Source: Atractiella rhizophila (Eukaryota). Taken from it: a DNA stretch of 41,530 nt. The stretch lies in assembly GCA_021432655.1 (NCBI GenBank), contig MU271186.1, positions 186,001 to 227,530 of the forward strand, in the 5' to 3' direction. Positions 1 to 12,715 of the stretch are shown here, piece after piece (position 1 is the stretch's first letter; every line of letters begins with the position of its first letter). Under the pieces are notes generated by a model that ran no database searches, was not told the origin of the DNA, and saw only the letters and a list, made by a program, of their open reading frames with translations. A program made the translations under genes and the position numbers.

Positions 1-1266
1 ATATGCTCCTTAGGTGTAGAGAGCGAAAGAAGTGACATGAGTTCAGGCGGAAGTTCCTCCTCCGCGTCTTCCACCTCCTTGCCCTTGCCCTGGTCATCAC
101 GTACGTCGAACGCCCCTTGTTTCGAGGGCGGAAAAGCCTGGTATTCCTGAACGACAAATTTTTCCTTCTCATCCTCCTCCCCAACCGTAGACGAAACAGG
201 GACAGCATCGAACAACTTTGGCCGCTTCCTGTCTCGTTCCGACACCTCAAACTTATTCGTCGGTGGCTTCTTCCGCGTCTTCGCCTTCTTCTTCTCCGTC
301 GCATTTTCATCAACATCCATATCCACAGTCCCTGGTCCCCGCTCGTCTTCAAAGTTTGCACCTTGGACCCGCTCCGAGTTCACGCGCGCTAGACGAGACG
401 CGGCGGTCTTGGGACGAGCGTTTGAGGATGAGGTTTTGGAGGAAGAGAAGGGGAGAGAAGGCTGTTTCTCTTTCTCTTTTTCTTTAGATTGTGGTTGTGG
501 CAAGGTTGGTCGAGAGGGTGGTTCCGGAGGTAGGAAGTCGACCGAACTCGACGATGACGCAACGGGTTGCGATGAAGGAAAGATGGAGTGGGTAGAGCGC
601 TTCGACTTGACGGGGGACTGTGCACCGATGATGTCGAAAAGAGCTACGAACTTGCGAGCATCCTTCTTCGCTGGCGAGGGCTGAAGAACCTCATCTTCGT
701 CTTCCACCTCTTCTACCACTGGGGGCTGCGACTGTCGCTGCTCCCGCTTGAGAGGTTGGGGGGCGGAAAAAGGGTCAGAGGTCGCGGTGTCGTCTGCTGA
801 GGGGTCGTTCGCCTTTGAAAGAAAGGTGGAGCCCCATTTGCGATGCAGAGGAGAGGGACGAGCAGCACCAGTGAGCCAGGACTGTGCTTTTTTTCGCGGC
901 GTCTCCTCCACAAATTTGGGTCCGCCATCCTTTGCTTTCCCTTTCCCATTGGTATCGAATAGAGACCCACTGGTTTGGCCATTATGTCCATTTGGACGAA
1001 GCTCCCCGTTCACCTTCCTCTCCCCTTTGTTGCCTTTGGACTGAGAAACCTTGGATGATGGAGCTTTCCGGAGGGTCTGGTATCTTTTGTACATGTCGGC
1101 TGATGTAATCGTCAGTCATATTCAACCTGTCGAATAGAACCAGCTTACAGATAGACGGGTTGGCTTTGATATCATCCTTTGTTGGAGGATGGCCATGAGT
1201 GGAAGTGAAATCTCGTTCATATCTCTTCAGCTCAGCTCGCAGTTCTTCCACGCCTTTCTTCGACAT
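1..1266 (-). CDS. SLD2: DNA replication regulator Sld2/Drc1-like protein (3' end runs off the window start)
   Basis: N-terminus MSKKGVEELRAELKRYERDFTSTHGHPPTKDDIKANPSI-S-DMYKRYQTLRK, after removing a GT..AG intron at 1148-1100, matches the Sld2/RecQ4 N-terminal pattern (LK.WE..F...HG..P.K.DIK..P.I...YK.Y..L). The downstream low-complexity exon carries CDK-type sites (TPRK, SPAK, SPVK). Confidence 0.8.
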
Positions 1267-1339
1267 AGCTCAAAGTCGCCTGGAAGTGTTATAGACCAAC
1301 AGATACTGCTTGATGAGACTGAGAGCCGCTGAGGTCGAT

Positions 1340-1345
1340 ACGCGT
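1340..1345. promoter_or_regulatory. MCB-like (MluI cell-cycle box) element ACGCGT upstream of the SLD2-like gene
   Basis: Exact ACGCGT about 75 nt upstream of the SLD2 ATG. A 6-mer can occur by chance. Confidence 0.35.
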
Positions 1346-2322
1346 TTGTGGACTCAAAGTCATGTGACGGGCACGTCTAACCTTCTTGCTTGAAGTGATC
1401 AAGTGATAACTGAATCTGATGTGATTAGTCGTGAGAGGGAAGACAGGAGATTATGGGCTTTGTTGTGGGTTGAAAGCTAAAGGCCTGCTGATACTGTCAA
1501 TCACGGTAACTTCTGGTGAGTCCGTCCTGCTGTCTCGGTTTGCCAACATCAAGGTCTTCGCGCGAATTCGTTCAATTCCAATTCGTTTCAGTAAACGTGA
1601 GCTCAACAGGTGTAACCTCTTGTCTAAACTGTCTCTTGATTGTGCCATTGCTGCATTCGATATCTATTGTTGACCCTTTCGACTGTCACAGTCGCATCAT
1701 CTAGGAGGCTTGAGCCGTTCTATTGCGGCAGCACCTCTGCACCATGCTTTCACTTACAGTAGCTGTCTTACTTTGAATGAATGACTCTCGTTAGTGTTTC
1801 TGTCTATTTCGGATTTATGAGAAGGCTATAGATTTTTCAACCCTTTTTACGGACAAATCCATCAAGTACTGATGAAGGCAGTAACACGTATGGTATGGTG
1901 TTAATGTGTAGACGGCTCAGACAGTTCAGACAGACCCTGTTGGATCGATAATCTTCCTGTAAGAGGTAAATATGCGGTCAAATGTTGGACCATTAATTGA
2001 CTCCGCTCTTACGATAGGTGATATCTCCTTACTTAAACACGACACCGTGGTTTCCCACAAGTCGTGTCTACTGTAAGGTCCGAGTACCAGCTGATCTTCG
2101 TTGTCAGTATCAAATACTGAACGTGCAGAGCCTTCAGCTGAAGAGGTGTATTTACCGGAGCCCGATGTGCGGGCAAGGCTAACCAGAGTGCAAGGTGTAT
2201 TTTAATCCCTGCACTGGGCCTCTTATCAGTCAACCTACCAACGTCTCCTCTCCTCTCCTCTCTAACATCTCTTTGCACACAGTACTTTGGCCGCCAACTC
2301 CCTGACACCGTGAACCGTCGAC

Positions 2323-5014
2323 ATGGCCACCCCAGTCAGGAGGAGCATTTCTCCCAACTCTTCTAGTGAACAACTCCCTAGTTATTCTGATTCCAGCAAT
2401 GATTCGAGGGAGAGCGAGACATCGAACTCTTCCGCAACTACGAGTCCCAGTGCTACACAGACAAGCCAAGTCATCCTACCTCCATCCTTCCGGATCGGAA
2501 AGTATGAGGTAGCTCCTGTGGTCGATGTGGACCAGCTTCGCGCACATTTGAGGTTACTAGGCGCCTTCTACAAACTTCGAGAAGAGAAAGTCAAAGGGAC
2601 CGAAGTCATCGATAGCATTGACGTGTTTCCCTCTTTCGATCCCGTTGCTGCAGCCACTTTGATGGAAGGACTCGATAAAGGCTTCACCCGCGTCCCTCCT
2701 GAGGTGACCTGGGGGATTTACCTCTCTCAAGCTGTGGGACGATTCGAGCTATGGTACCACAAAGTTGTCTGCGACCCTGATGGAACATTGGGGAATAAGA
2801 GACTACCCCCATTGGACGTTCTCATGGTCTGGCATGCATACCTTCTAAATCCGAAAGCATATTTTGAAGATTCACTTCTTCGGTGGGAGAAGCTCGCTGA
2901 ACTTAAGGGTATTGATGTGAAACAAATCGTCCGTCATTCTGATTCGTCGAAATTTGCTGAGAGTTTCTAGGCACAATTCATAGATGAGGATACCTCCAAT
3001 TATGACCCATTTTCAGAGGCAACATCAACCTGGACTGCACTGACCGGTGAACCCTTTGAAGCTACCGTAAGCCATAGTTTTTCGCATCCCAATCCAAATA
3101 ACTGGTTCACCAGATACCCAAACCATCCGACGCCCATACCTTTATCTGCCCCAACTGCGCTGTAACCCAATCGACACCGTATTGCAACTCCCAACAAACC
3201 GGCTGGGCCCAATCTTTCTCATTTTCATGCTCCTGTGGGATCATTGTGAAGAAGGAGAAGTTCGGCATGCTCATCCTCAGCAAGACCATATCGGAATATC
3301 TGAAGTTTAACGAAAGGCGAACTTCAGTCCCGAAGGGCGGCGTCCGGCCGACTATACCTGCTTCTGCTTGCATAGCCAATTCCCTCATCGGAACAGATGG
3401 CATGCCCGATACCGCCAAGGCAGAGAAGGTCAATGATCGGTGGATGAGGTACTTTGTGAAGGGGTTCGATTCCAGGCTCCCGCCGAAGGACATAATTGCT
3501 GGGCAAGTGATACGTTGGAGCATGACGAATGTGGAGAAACTGTTCAACGCATCCATCCTGGGTTCCGCCTCTTCTCGACTCCCTACGCCCAAGCCCGTTT
3601 TCAGAGTGTTGAATGCCTACCGCCAACCTTTCGCTTCGATCGACCTTGCAGCTGCTGTAAGTTTCTATTTAGAACATTAGGCCATTTATAATCCTTCGAT
3701 GTTAATGCCCCTTTTGGTTTCAAGGTCAATCGTCAATTTAGCTTTGTTAAGCAATGCGTCGAGCAATTACAATGGACAAAACCGCACCGATTCGACCATG
3801 ATGCGTCTATCCTGTTAAGATCGGTAGCCCGCTATTCTGCCTTCTTGGACTTGATGCAGAGCTCTCCTGCCTCATTCTGTGTTCCAACTCTGGACATCGA
3901 TCTATCCTGGCACAGTCATCAGTTGCGTGATCAAGACTATCGAGAGCAGACTTTGAAGTACGTCGGACTGGTTCCTAATCATGGTATGCTTTCTCCTACC
4001 TTAATCAAGCGTGGCTGATGGGCTGGTTGCGCTACCTAGATGATAAAGTGGATGAGAATACTCTGTCCACCTCTTTCGACGTCACAGCTCGAGCGTGGAA
4101 GGAGAGGTTTGGAGTTCCTTATTCCACATGCGGATGTATGGTGCGTACTCTCCTCCATTCTTTCTTTTTCGCACAAAAATTAACTAAATTGACGCAGCTC
4201 CCTGAAGATTCGCTCAGCTCCAAGCTCAAAAATAAGCTGAGGCGCTCTAAATCCGTCAACGCCGCAGATTCCTCTTCAGCGGATAACCTAATCCACTCAT
4301 CCAACATCGAGGAATCCACGAGCACGCACCCGTCCGACCACAACTCGATTCGGCTCGTCAACCATCCGAAAAGCGACCTCGCGCGGGCAAATCGGGAGAG
4401 AATGAGACAGAAGCAGATTGCGAAGGAGGAGAAGGCTATCAGGGAGGGGAAGGCGGACGAATGGGCTAGAGGGAGGAAGGAGGCGAGAGAGAGGAACCAT
4501 CGCAACGCTTTTTATGCGGATAATTATCCAGCTGGAGGAGCGTATTGGGGAGTCAATTACATGCCACTTGGAATCGGGTTTGGATATGGTTATGGACTGG
4601 CTGGTGCGTGTTCTTCCCACTCCTATGAAGGGTCAGGAGATGGTAATTATTTTCGCATCTCGACGTTGTGAATCCAGGTTGTGGAGGTGTCGCTGAAGGA
4701 TGGGGAGGAAACTCAACAGGTGCTTGTGCTGCTGGATCGGGGGCGAACTGCGGGGCTGGTGGAGCAGGGGGTTGTGGTGTGTCATTTTGACCTTTCTTGA
4801 TGGGTTATACATTGGTGCCGAGTCTAACTGGATACCATACCAGGTGCTGGTGGATCTGCCTGCGGTGGAGCAGTCGGCGCTTGCGCTGGAGGGGCAGCAG
4901 GTTCTTGTGGCGGCAGTGGTGGAGGATGCGGAGGAGGAGGATGTGGCGGCGGTTCGTTATTCTCGAATGGGCATATAACAAAAGAACTGATCTGTAGACA
5001 CAGGTGGAAATTGA
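2323..5014 (+). CDS. Glycine-rich domain-containing protein (DUF1399/GRDP family), multi-exon
   Basis: Two DUF1399-type motifs: LPPLDVLMVWHAYLLNP (exon 1) and RYSAFLDLMQ...FCVPTLDIDLSWHSHQL (~3830-3925), followed by W...FGVPY..CGC. The C-terminal tail is Gly/Cys/Ala-rich (GACAAGSGANCGAGG...GGCGGGGCGG). Introns include 2929-2970 and 4141-4197. Inferred stop TGA at 5012-5014. Confidence 0.85.
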
Positions 5015-5833
5015 GTGCTGTAAAGCCCGCCACTTGGTACAACATCTCCATTTATGATCTTCTCAGCTTCCCGTTCTAAACCTTTCTTATCCTTTATCCC
5101 TGTCAAGACCGAATACAAACGCTCAGAGATAACGCCGTCCCAATTTCATTCGCCTCCAAAGCTTATTACACATAACTAGTATATATCGAGAAGACAAGTA
5201 ACGATGAAGATGCCGAACTATAGCAAGCTGAGTAACCTGGCCTCGTTCTAAAGGAGAAACGGGAAGGTGGAAAAGGTCTAGCACAAATAGTAAGAGCAGA
5301 CGGATTCAAGTCAGATTGCTCAGCAATTAGTACAAGCGAAGGAGAAGTCGAGAGTGACATCTGTGACGACCAACATCACATCAACGGCAAGCAAGCTCGC
5401 CACGTGGTCGAACTCGAATTGCGCGCCAGCCTTGGAGGAAGAATTAAGAAGCCGGAAATGACTTTAAAATGAACCAGGAGAACGCGGAGCGGTACTTACA
5501 GAGAGGACACACTTTTGCTGGTCTCCGCCTCTGATTGAGAGTTCAGCGCTCAGCCCCGACTCGCTTAGTTTGCAAGTCCGCCGTCGGAGGAAGAATCTGT
5601 GGAGAATTCCATTTATTCACGATCACAAGATCAACCTAGTTGACAAGATCGAGGAGCGCAAAGAGCACGAGGAGCACGAAGAGCACGACAATAACACTAC
5701 ACTTGGACCGCTACATGACCGCGCATTCCTCCAGTGGATCTCCTTGTCCTTACACTGATAAAGGAGACTTCTGTCTCATGTTCACCTTCTCGCATCGACT
5801 GCACTTCTCCCTTTCCCCTCGTCCATTTCTACG

Positions 5834-8800
5834 ATGCCAACAGGATCTTATCCTGAAGCGGGTAATGCGTCACCCCCGTCTTCTCCTCAATCCGTCGCAG
5901 AAGAGGATGTCGAGGATTACACACGACTGTCTCCTACAATCAACGCCGTTACGACTGCCGATGATAATGCAGAGCTATCGTCACTACAACGGACATTCGC
6001 TGACCTTATGCTCGTGGAACGTGGCCTGCCGGACACTTTGTCTGGACCAAGTTCTGGCACTTGGCTCATCGGAGCAGAAAGCGGAAGGCAGGTGATCAAA
6101 CCCGAAGACATACCTTTACCACCGTCTCCGACAACATCATCATCTGAAAATACACCTGTATGGCTATCATCATCCGAAAATACACCTGCATGGCTATCTC
6201 CAACAGCTTCAGATGACGAATCCGACTCAAACGCAGGAACTTGGGCTTTCAGTTCTGGCATTCCACCCAGCTCAAACTTCTCAGCACCTCGACTACCCCT
6301 TGTAGGCGGACTAGGTCTTCGAGCGACGCGACGGACGCAGGGCCTAGCAGATGATCGATGGTCAACGTATCTCAGCAAGGGTATCAAGTTTTCCGTGCTT
6401 CCTGATCTTACGAAGCAGGCTGTTTTCTCTGGAAATTTGATTCGGTGCAGGATTAATTTGGACCCTCAACTCGCGGTCAGTAACTATAAGAAGATGGAGG
6501 CTATATTTTCTGGCGTTAGCACCGTTGAGGGAGAGCCGTGTGTTGTTTCCTTGTTCTTTGAAACACACAACGAATTTCTTTAACAACAGGTCAGAAGCTC
6601 ACACATTTTTCCAGCATGTAACATCGATCATTCCAAAGGACGATAATGTGGCCATGGAAGGAATGCCATATAGGGAATGGAGCTTTCATTTCGTGGTGCC
6701 TCATCACCTGAACTGTGCTTGCTCGGAAGCCAGAGTTCCCATCCCACCGACATATCCTGGCCGAGTCGATATCAAATATTCGATAAGGCTGAAAGGGCAG
6801 AGAAAAGAACAGTTCGCCATTCATGACCAGATATCGGTACCTGTTGAGGTGCGACAAGGGTATCAAAACCGTACCATCCTGCCACGACTGGTAGAGAATG
6901 TTGAAATAGATGGTGTGTGGAAGTTCGTGAGGTCAGGTGACCAGAGCACTAGCTTGAGCTTTTTGACCCTAGCAGAGGGACAGATTACACCTATTACAGT
7001 TGCTGAGGTGAGAATTTCCTAGGCTGCCTTGCCCGTTGCATATTTAAGTTGATGAGCTGCAATGCAGATCGCTTACCATGTTATCAAACGCAATTCTTTC
7101 CTCAGGACGCGGAACATATTCGTGAACTACTATTTCTCGTTACAACACAGCGGACGCTCTTCTTTTCCGAACGATACGCTCAGTTCGCTCATGGAGAGGC
7201 TTCAAATCTCATTGTCACCGCGGATACTGTTGAAGAAGGCAAGGGGTAATGGTGATCGTACACTCCCCCTCCCCTTGGCTTATACGATGCCGCTCAAGGT
7301 CAAGAAGGTCGGCGTGAGGATTCTTGATAGAGGCGTAAACACGACGTGGAGGTTTGAGGGGTGGATTCAGATGTCAGAGGACGAACATATGACTTGGAAT
7401 AGCTGTCATGCTGAACTGCAGGTATGCTGTCCCTATGATGTCTTGTTAACTCGATCAACCGTACTCGAAATAGGTGGTCCTGTCAGCAAAGCTGTCTCAT
7501 CCCGCCCTCTCTTCCGATATTAGGATTGAGATTCCCTTTGACCAGTCTTCTGCGATCGAAGTGGATATCGACGACCTTTCACTTACTCCCCTACCACATG
7601 ATCGATCCTCATATACTTCCCTTGTTACATCAACCGGCAACGCTCCATCTACGTCTCCTACCCAGCGTGCACCCAACACCTTTCCCGTTGATCACATGTA
7701 TGATGGCACGACAGCACAAGCTTTGCCGGCTGTTCTCCGTGGCAATTCCCTTGCTGCATCAACCAAAATTGATCATCCTCTCGTTCTCCGACACATCTCC
7801 TCATTTCAGTCATACCAATGCTGTCACCTCAGCTCAGGCACATGCTTTGAATTGAGCGATGACGTGTTACATGAACTGTTTGGGAATCGCCTGCTTCCGA
7901 GTCAAGTGGCATCCATCCCCAACTTCAGCTCTACTTCCATGCAGCCTGCAAGCGTCCCTAAGGCGGCCGAAATTCTGGAACCTGCAACATTTTATAACAA
8001 TCCACGTGTTCGCAACGGGGGTGTTGCTGACCATATTGCTCGTGAATCCCTCATCCGTCAGTATGTACGACCACCCCAGCATAATCCGTTGTCGAAGACC
8101 TCAAGTGGTTTTTGGTCTCCTTCAATACCGACTGTCTTGACTCGCGGTCATCAAGCTTTTTATCCCCGTTACGCCTTTCCGGAAAACACAAGCGTTGAGC
8201 CAGTGATTCCTAATTTCTCGTCCGACTCTTCCGCTTCCAAAGGAAGGGACCATTCCTCATCGACAATTCCAATGCCGGTTTCGAGCAACACCACCGTTAC
8301 GAACTTGTTAGCGATGCCATATGCGACAACGGTACAACCAGTTGTTGCTCCTCCGTGCCCATCTTCCAGCGATTCATCTTCCACAAAAAACGAGACTGCT
8401 GCCCTACCGTTGAGATTGATCAAGGTGTCGCCAAGAGGCAGAATCCTTTACATATACCCCATGGAGAACGACCTAATCTGCTTTTGGGATCACCAGAAGC
8501 TGAGAGTCGAGAGCAGGTTGCCTACTTTTCCTTCTGAACAGTTTCGAGATATGAAGACGAATAGGATGCGAAATAAATGGACCGAGCTGAAGTTCGATAA
8601 GGAAACATACGTGGAAGTTCGATTGGGTAAGGACATTGTCAATCCGTGGACTGGGAACGGTCAGGGTGAGGTCTCTTTGCAGGGAAAAGTCCATCTCTGA
8701 ATTCCTCTGAACAGAATGGTTCAAAGGACAGCTTCTTTACTTTGGTATGCCCTTTCCTCCCACTTGCCTACGACAAACTGAGGATACGTGGAAAGGAAAC

Positions 8801-9324
8801 TGTCAAAATCCGTCTTTCAAATTCTTTTCTGAACAGTTCACGACGGACGATCCAGCGAACCCGCCAGTTCTGCACGGCGAGCCTTTCGTGCGTCCCATCA
8901 AAGCGAAGCAAGTTTTCTTCCTCTGCTCATACTTAGCTTGAACATGATCACCGAGAGCAGGAAACATCTCGTTTCTGGAAAGTGCCGTGCCCATGCTGGA
9001 CAAGAGAGCTTGATCCAGTTATGTCGCTTCCAGCTGGAAGCGACCAGTGGGAAGGCGGACCTGCAAGACGTGAGTATTCATCCTAGGTTTAATATCAAAA
9101 GACTATGTCTGAGACGGTCAACAGCGTCAGGCGGCGAGGCAAGACAAAGAGAAAGCACCAGAAACAGGAGATCTGGAGCCTCTTGCATCGACTTCACTCT
9201 AATTTACCGCAGGCTGATGCCCTGCACTTCGTTGGTGACCATAACGGACATTAGTTCATTCCGAAGACTTCAAAGACAGAGACAGTTCTTCAAATTTGTT
9301 TGCAGCAGGATAAGGACAATGTAG
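5834..9324 (+). CDS. Arrestin-fold-like protein with a long Ser/Pro/Thr-rich linker and an uncharacterised C-terminal domain (multi-exon; 3' exons uncertain)
   Basis: ORFs 5834-6583, 6525-7022, 7062-7523 and 7474-8700 join in frame through GT..AG introns (6538-6589, ~7008-7067, ~7422-7473). The segment AVFSGNLIRCRINL...WSFHFVVP...PIPPTYPGRVDIKYSIRLKGQRK..FAIHDQISVPV resembles the arrestin N-domain pattern (F.F.lP...LPPS....I.Y.l.v...R). The start codon and the exons after 8665 are tentative. Confidence 0.55.
6136..6198 (+). repeat. 30-bp tandem duplication inside the CDS (SSSENTPVWL / SSSENTPAWL)
   Basis: atcatcatctgaaaatacacctgtatggct followed by atcatcatccgaaaatacacctgcatggct (2 mismatches). 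Confidence 0.9.
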
Positions 9325-10208
9325 TACCCTCTTCGGCGTTGTGCCTTTGTGTGTTAACTAAGCCTGTAATATATACGTAGTAGCCCACATTGTAATTACT
9401 TACCTCCATCGTCAGGTTCTCCGAAGGCTCGCTCCTTCAGCAGTTCCTTCGACGTTGTCGTCTGCTTCCTCTCTCACCTCCATGCATGTGCTACTCTTCG
9501 AACCATCTAGACATATAGCTAAATTTCGGGGTCTGAGAGTCGCTGGAAATGACTCCCCCACTTGTTGATTGCAACCATGGTGGTCTAGTGAAGTTGCAAG
9601 TGCCAAACTTCGCCAAAGGTCAAGCTGACTGCCTCCTCTAAGTTACATGCTTAGAAATCACAAATTATTGTATGCTCCCGGACTATCAACAGGTTGAGGT
9701 TCAGGCCTGTCTAGACCGGATCCCCCTTTGCGTCAAGCCCAGAAGAGGGATCTTCGCACACGAGCGAGGGCGGTGGTAGCATTCTCATTGGAGTCACCAG
9801 GCGATGGCGAATTGCGTTGCAGACGGTGACCAGTTATGGGACGCTTGGAGGACGTGATGGACTCTCTATGTTGTTGGACTCGACAAATCAAGTTTTGACG
9901 AAGAATGGGTGCGAGGTGCGGTTACTCTGCTGTTTGAAATCAGTGACATGCCCAGTAAAAAAGATGATTCAAAAGACAGCTCCAGTGCTAATACTTCGGC
10001 TTCACTTTATTCTACATCTCTTGTTAACTAATGAAAATTGTCAGTTAGGCGGTGATATAGAACTCATAACATGCGCTCTATAAGCAACATTCTTAATTTT
10101 ACGACTTAACTTCGGCATGCAGACAGCCGCTCGGGATGCTCCGTAGCCGCTTCAACTCCGCACTCCGACACAGCACCACGAAGAGAAGAAAAGAAGAGAA
10201 GAAGAAGG

Positions 10209-12628
10209 ATGGAGATCCTGCGCGCACACACCTCCACCCTGGATGCCGTGCGCTCTCGGCAGTCTACGCGGCGGGACCTGCTCTCACACCACTTCCGCGC
10301 CGACACCGTCGACCTCCTCTTCCCTGGCCCCACGCCGTCCCCCACGCCCTCGCCCTCGCCCTCTCGCTCACCCTCGCCTTCTTCCAACAGGCAGTCTAAC
10401 AGGGAGCGCTCGCTGTCACGGGATGATGGAGATGTGGAGGAGAAGATGGACGGCGTGGAGGAGGGTGGGGAGAGGGAGAGGGAGAGGGAGAAGGGAGGAA
10501 GCGCGGAGGAGCGGAAGAAGAGGAAGAAGGAGGCGTGGGGAGACATCTATGTTGAGGCTGAGGATTCGATACGGAACAACTACTCTTTGCACCACGTCAA
10601 CACCGGCGTGCGTCCACAGAACTTTGTATCCAACACCTCCCTCGCCACCCGCTTCTCAGAGTGCGTCATCCTTTCTTCTTGTGCTTGCTTCATGTTCATG
10701 TTTAATTGTGATCGAGCAAAGGTATCCGAAGCTGCAACACCTCCTTACGACCAAACATGCCCTCGTCTCCCAGCACGCCCATCCGCCAACCTACCTCTCC
10801 CTCCCCCCGCTCACCGCCGACCTGCAGGCACTGCACACCGCCATCCTCTCCCTATCGTCCAAGTTCGACTCCATACTCATCACCCCTCCGCTGCACATGA
10901 CCGCCGAACAGCTCGCACTCCTCCCGATCGGACAACTCGCGGGCGCGCCGAGTTTCGTTTGGATATGGGTTGGGGATGGGAGCAGAGGGAATGGGATTGG
11001 GTTGGAGAAGGGACGGGAGGTGTTGCTCAAGTGGGGTTACAGGTATTTCTCTCTACTTTTTATAAATGAAAATGACATGTTGACGGATTCATGTCGATGA
11101 GGATAGGAGGTGCGAAGACATCGTATGGCTTAAACCCTCCTCCAATAAAGATGGCAAGGAGAATAAGGACGGCAAGGAAGAAGGAACGACGACTCTCTTC
11201 ACCCATTCCAAAGAACACTGTCTCATGGGAATCCGCGGCACCGTCCGTCGTTCCACCGACTCTTGGATCGCACACTGCAACATCGACACCGACGTCATCG
11301 TCTGGTCCCCTCCATCTTCACCTGAGGGAGCAGAAGAAGGAGGACCGCAGAAGCCGCCGGAGATGTACACGCTCATCGAGAACTTTTGCAACGGCCTCAG
11401 ACGACTCGACCTCTTCGGTTCCACCCACACGTTACGTCCAGGATGGCTAACGGTGGGCGAAACCATCGATCCGTCCTCCCCTCCGTTCCAACAGGCCACA
11501 CGAAGGCTCAAAGAAGAATCCGCACCCGTCGCCACAGGCGGAGCAGGAAACGGAAACGGAAACGGCAGCGGATGGACGCCCATCCCGTACCGAAAAGAAG
11601 AGTACGACTCCCACTTCGCCCCGCCCCGCGGACACACCCTCCCCCAAACCCCCGAAATCGAGTCCCTCCGCCCCCGCAGCCCCGTCAGCTCTTCCCATCG
11701 CGACTCGCAGGCCTCACAGCTGGGCATGGGCGGTGGACTCGCCCCCAAAGGCTTGGGAAGGGGACGGGGTGCGCCGGTGGGCTTGAATATGATGCCGGGC
11801 GGAGCGCCGATGAGGAGGGGTATACAGAATGCCGCGGGTCAGGGCGGTCAGGCTGGGATGGGGATGGGCGTTGGAGGTGCGATGGGAGGCATCGGGGGCG
11901 CGATGGGTGGCGGTGCACAGAGTAGACCGCCCGGTCAGGTACCCAAACCGATGTCTGGGGGTGTGATGCTTGGAGCCGCGAGGAAGACCGGACCGCCTCA
12001 GCAGGCCCAGACCCAGACTCAACAGGGGATGGGAGGCGGTGGAGGGATGGTGGGGAATAATATGGGTGGGGGTGGCATGGGTGGCATGGGTGGAGGCGGA
12101 ATGGGTGGTGGAGGGATGAGTGGAGGTGGGATGGGGATGGGGAATATGGGAAACATGGGAAACATGGGCAATATGGGCAATATGGGGGGTATGGGGAATA
12201 ACATGGGGAGTATGGGTAACATGGGGAACATGGGGAATATGGGCGGAATGGGTATGGGAGGGATGGGAAACATGGGAATGGTAATTCTTCTCCTTTTCTC
12301 GTCCACATTTGATATTGACATTTTATGTGAACAGATGGGGATGCCCGACCTCTCCATGATGTCGACAGGAATGTCCATGCCTCCTATGACGTCCGCTACC
12401 AGCATGGGGGGTATGGGTGGGATGGGTGCCATGAGTGGCATGGGAGGGATGGGGTCCATGGGGTCCATGGGTGGCATGGGAGGATTCGATATGAGTTCGA
12501 TGATGGGATTCAATCCTATGATGAATATGGGAGGGATGGGCAATATGGGAATGGGCGGAATGGGGATGGGTGGAAACATGGGAGGAATGGGAGGAAGCGG
12601 TTACAACAACTTTAACGGTTCTTCGTGA
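10209..12628 (+). CDS. METTL14: mRNA m6A methyltransferase non-catalytic subunit (MT-A70 family, METTL14/Kar4-like)
   Basis: Spliced product (introns 10661-10721, 11043-11106, 12281-12334) contains RNNYSLHHVNTGVRPQNF, RFSEYPKL, KFDSILITPPL (degenerate DPPW site), SFVWIWVG, GREVLLKWGYRRCEDIVWLK, KEHCLMGIRGTVRRSTDSWIAHCNIDTDVI, KPPEMYTLIENFCNGLRRLDLFG and RPGWLTVG, all hallmark METTL14 blocks. Confidence 0.93.
11850..12610 (+). repeat. Coding low-complexity repeats (GGM/GNM/GM) in the METTL14 C-terminal tail
   Basis: Runs such as MGGGGMGGMGGGG and (MGN)n are encoded by imperfect 9-bp repeats (atgggnaay). Confidence 0.85.
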
Positions 12629-12715
12629 AGTCTCCTTCTGCCATCATACATACATCGTATCTGTACAACAGGACGTGCATTTTTTTACATTGTAACGGTG
12701 ACTGCGAGAGTCTAT

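Noticed and set aside
9400..10100. Short ORFs between the arrestin-like gene and METTL14
   Set aside because: No coherent exon chain or recognisable motif in any frame.
10330..10500. (CCCTCG)n and (GAGAGG)n runs; also the 9-bp repeats at ~5654-5690 and (GAAAT)3 at ~38122
   Set aside because: Ordinary microsatellites or low-complexity coding sequence, not a CRISPR-like array or an element end.
12019..12579. Minus-strand Pro/Ile/Met-rich ORF and other antisense ORFs over long genes
   Set aside because: These are shadows of low-complexity or GC-rich sense exons, with no independent splice or domain evidence.
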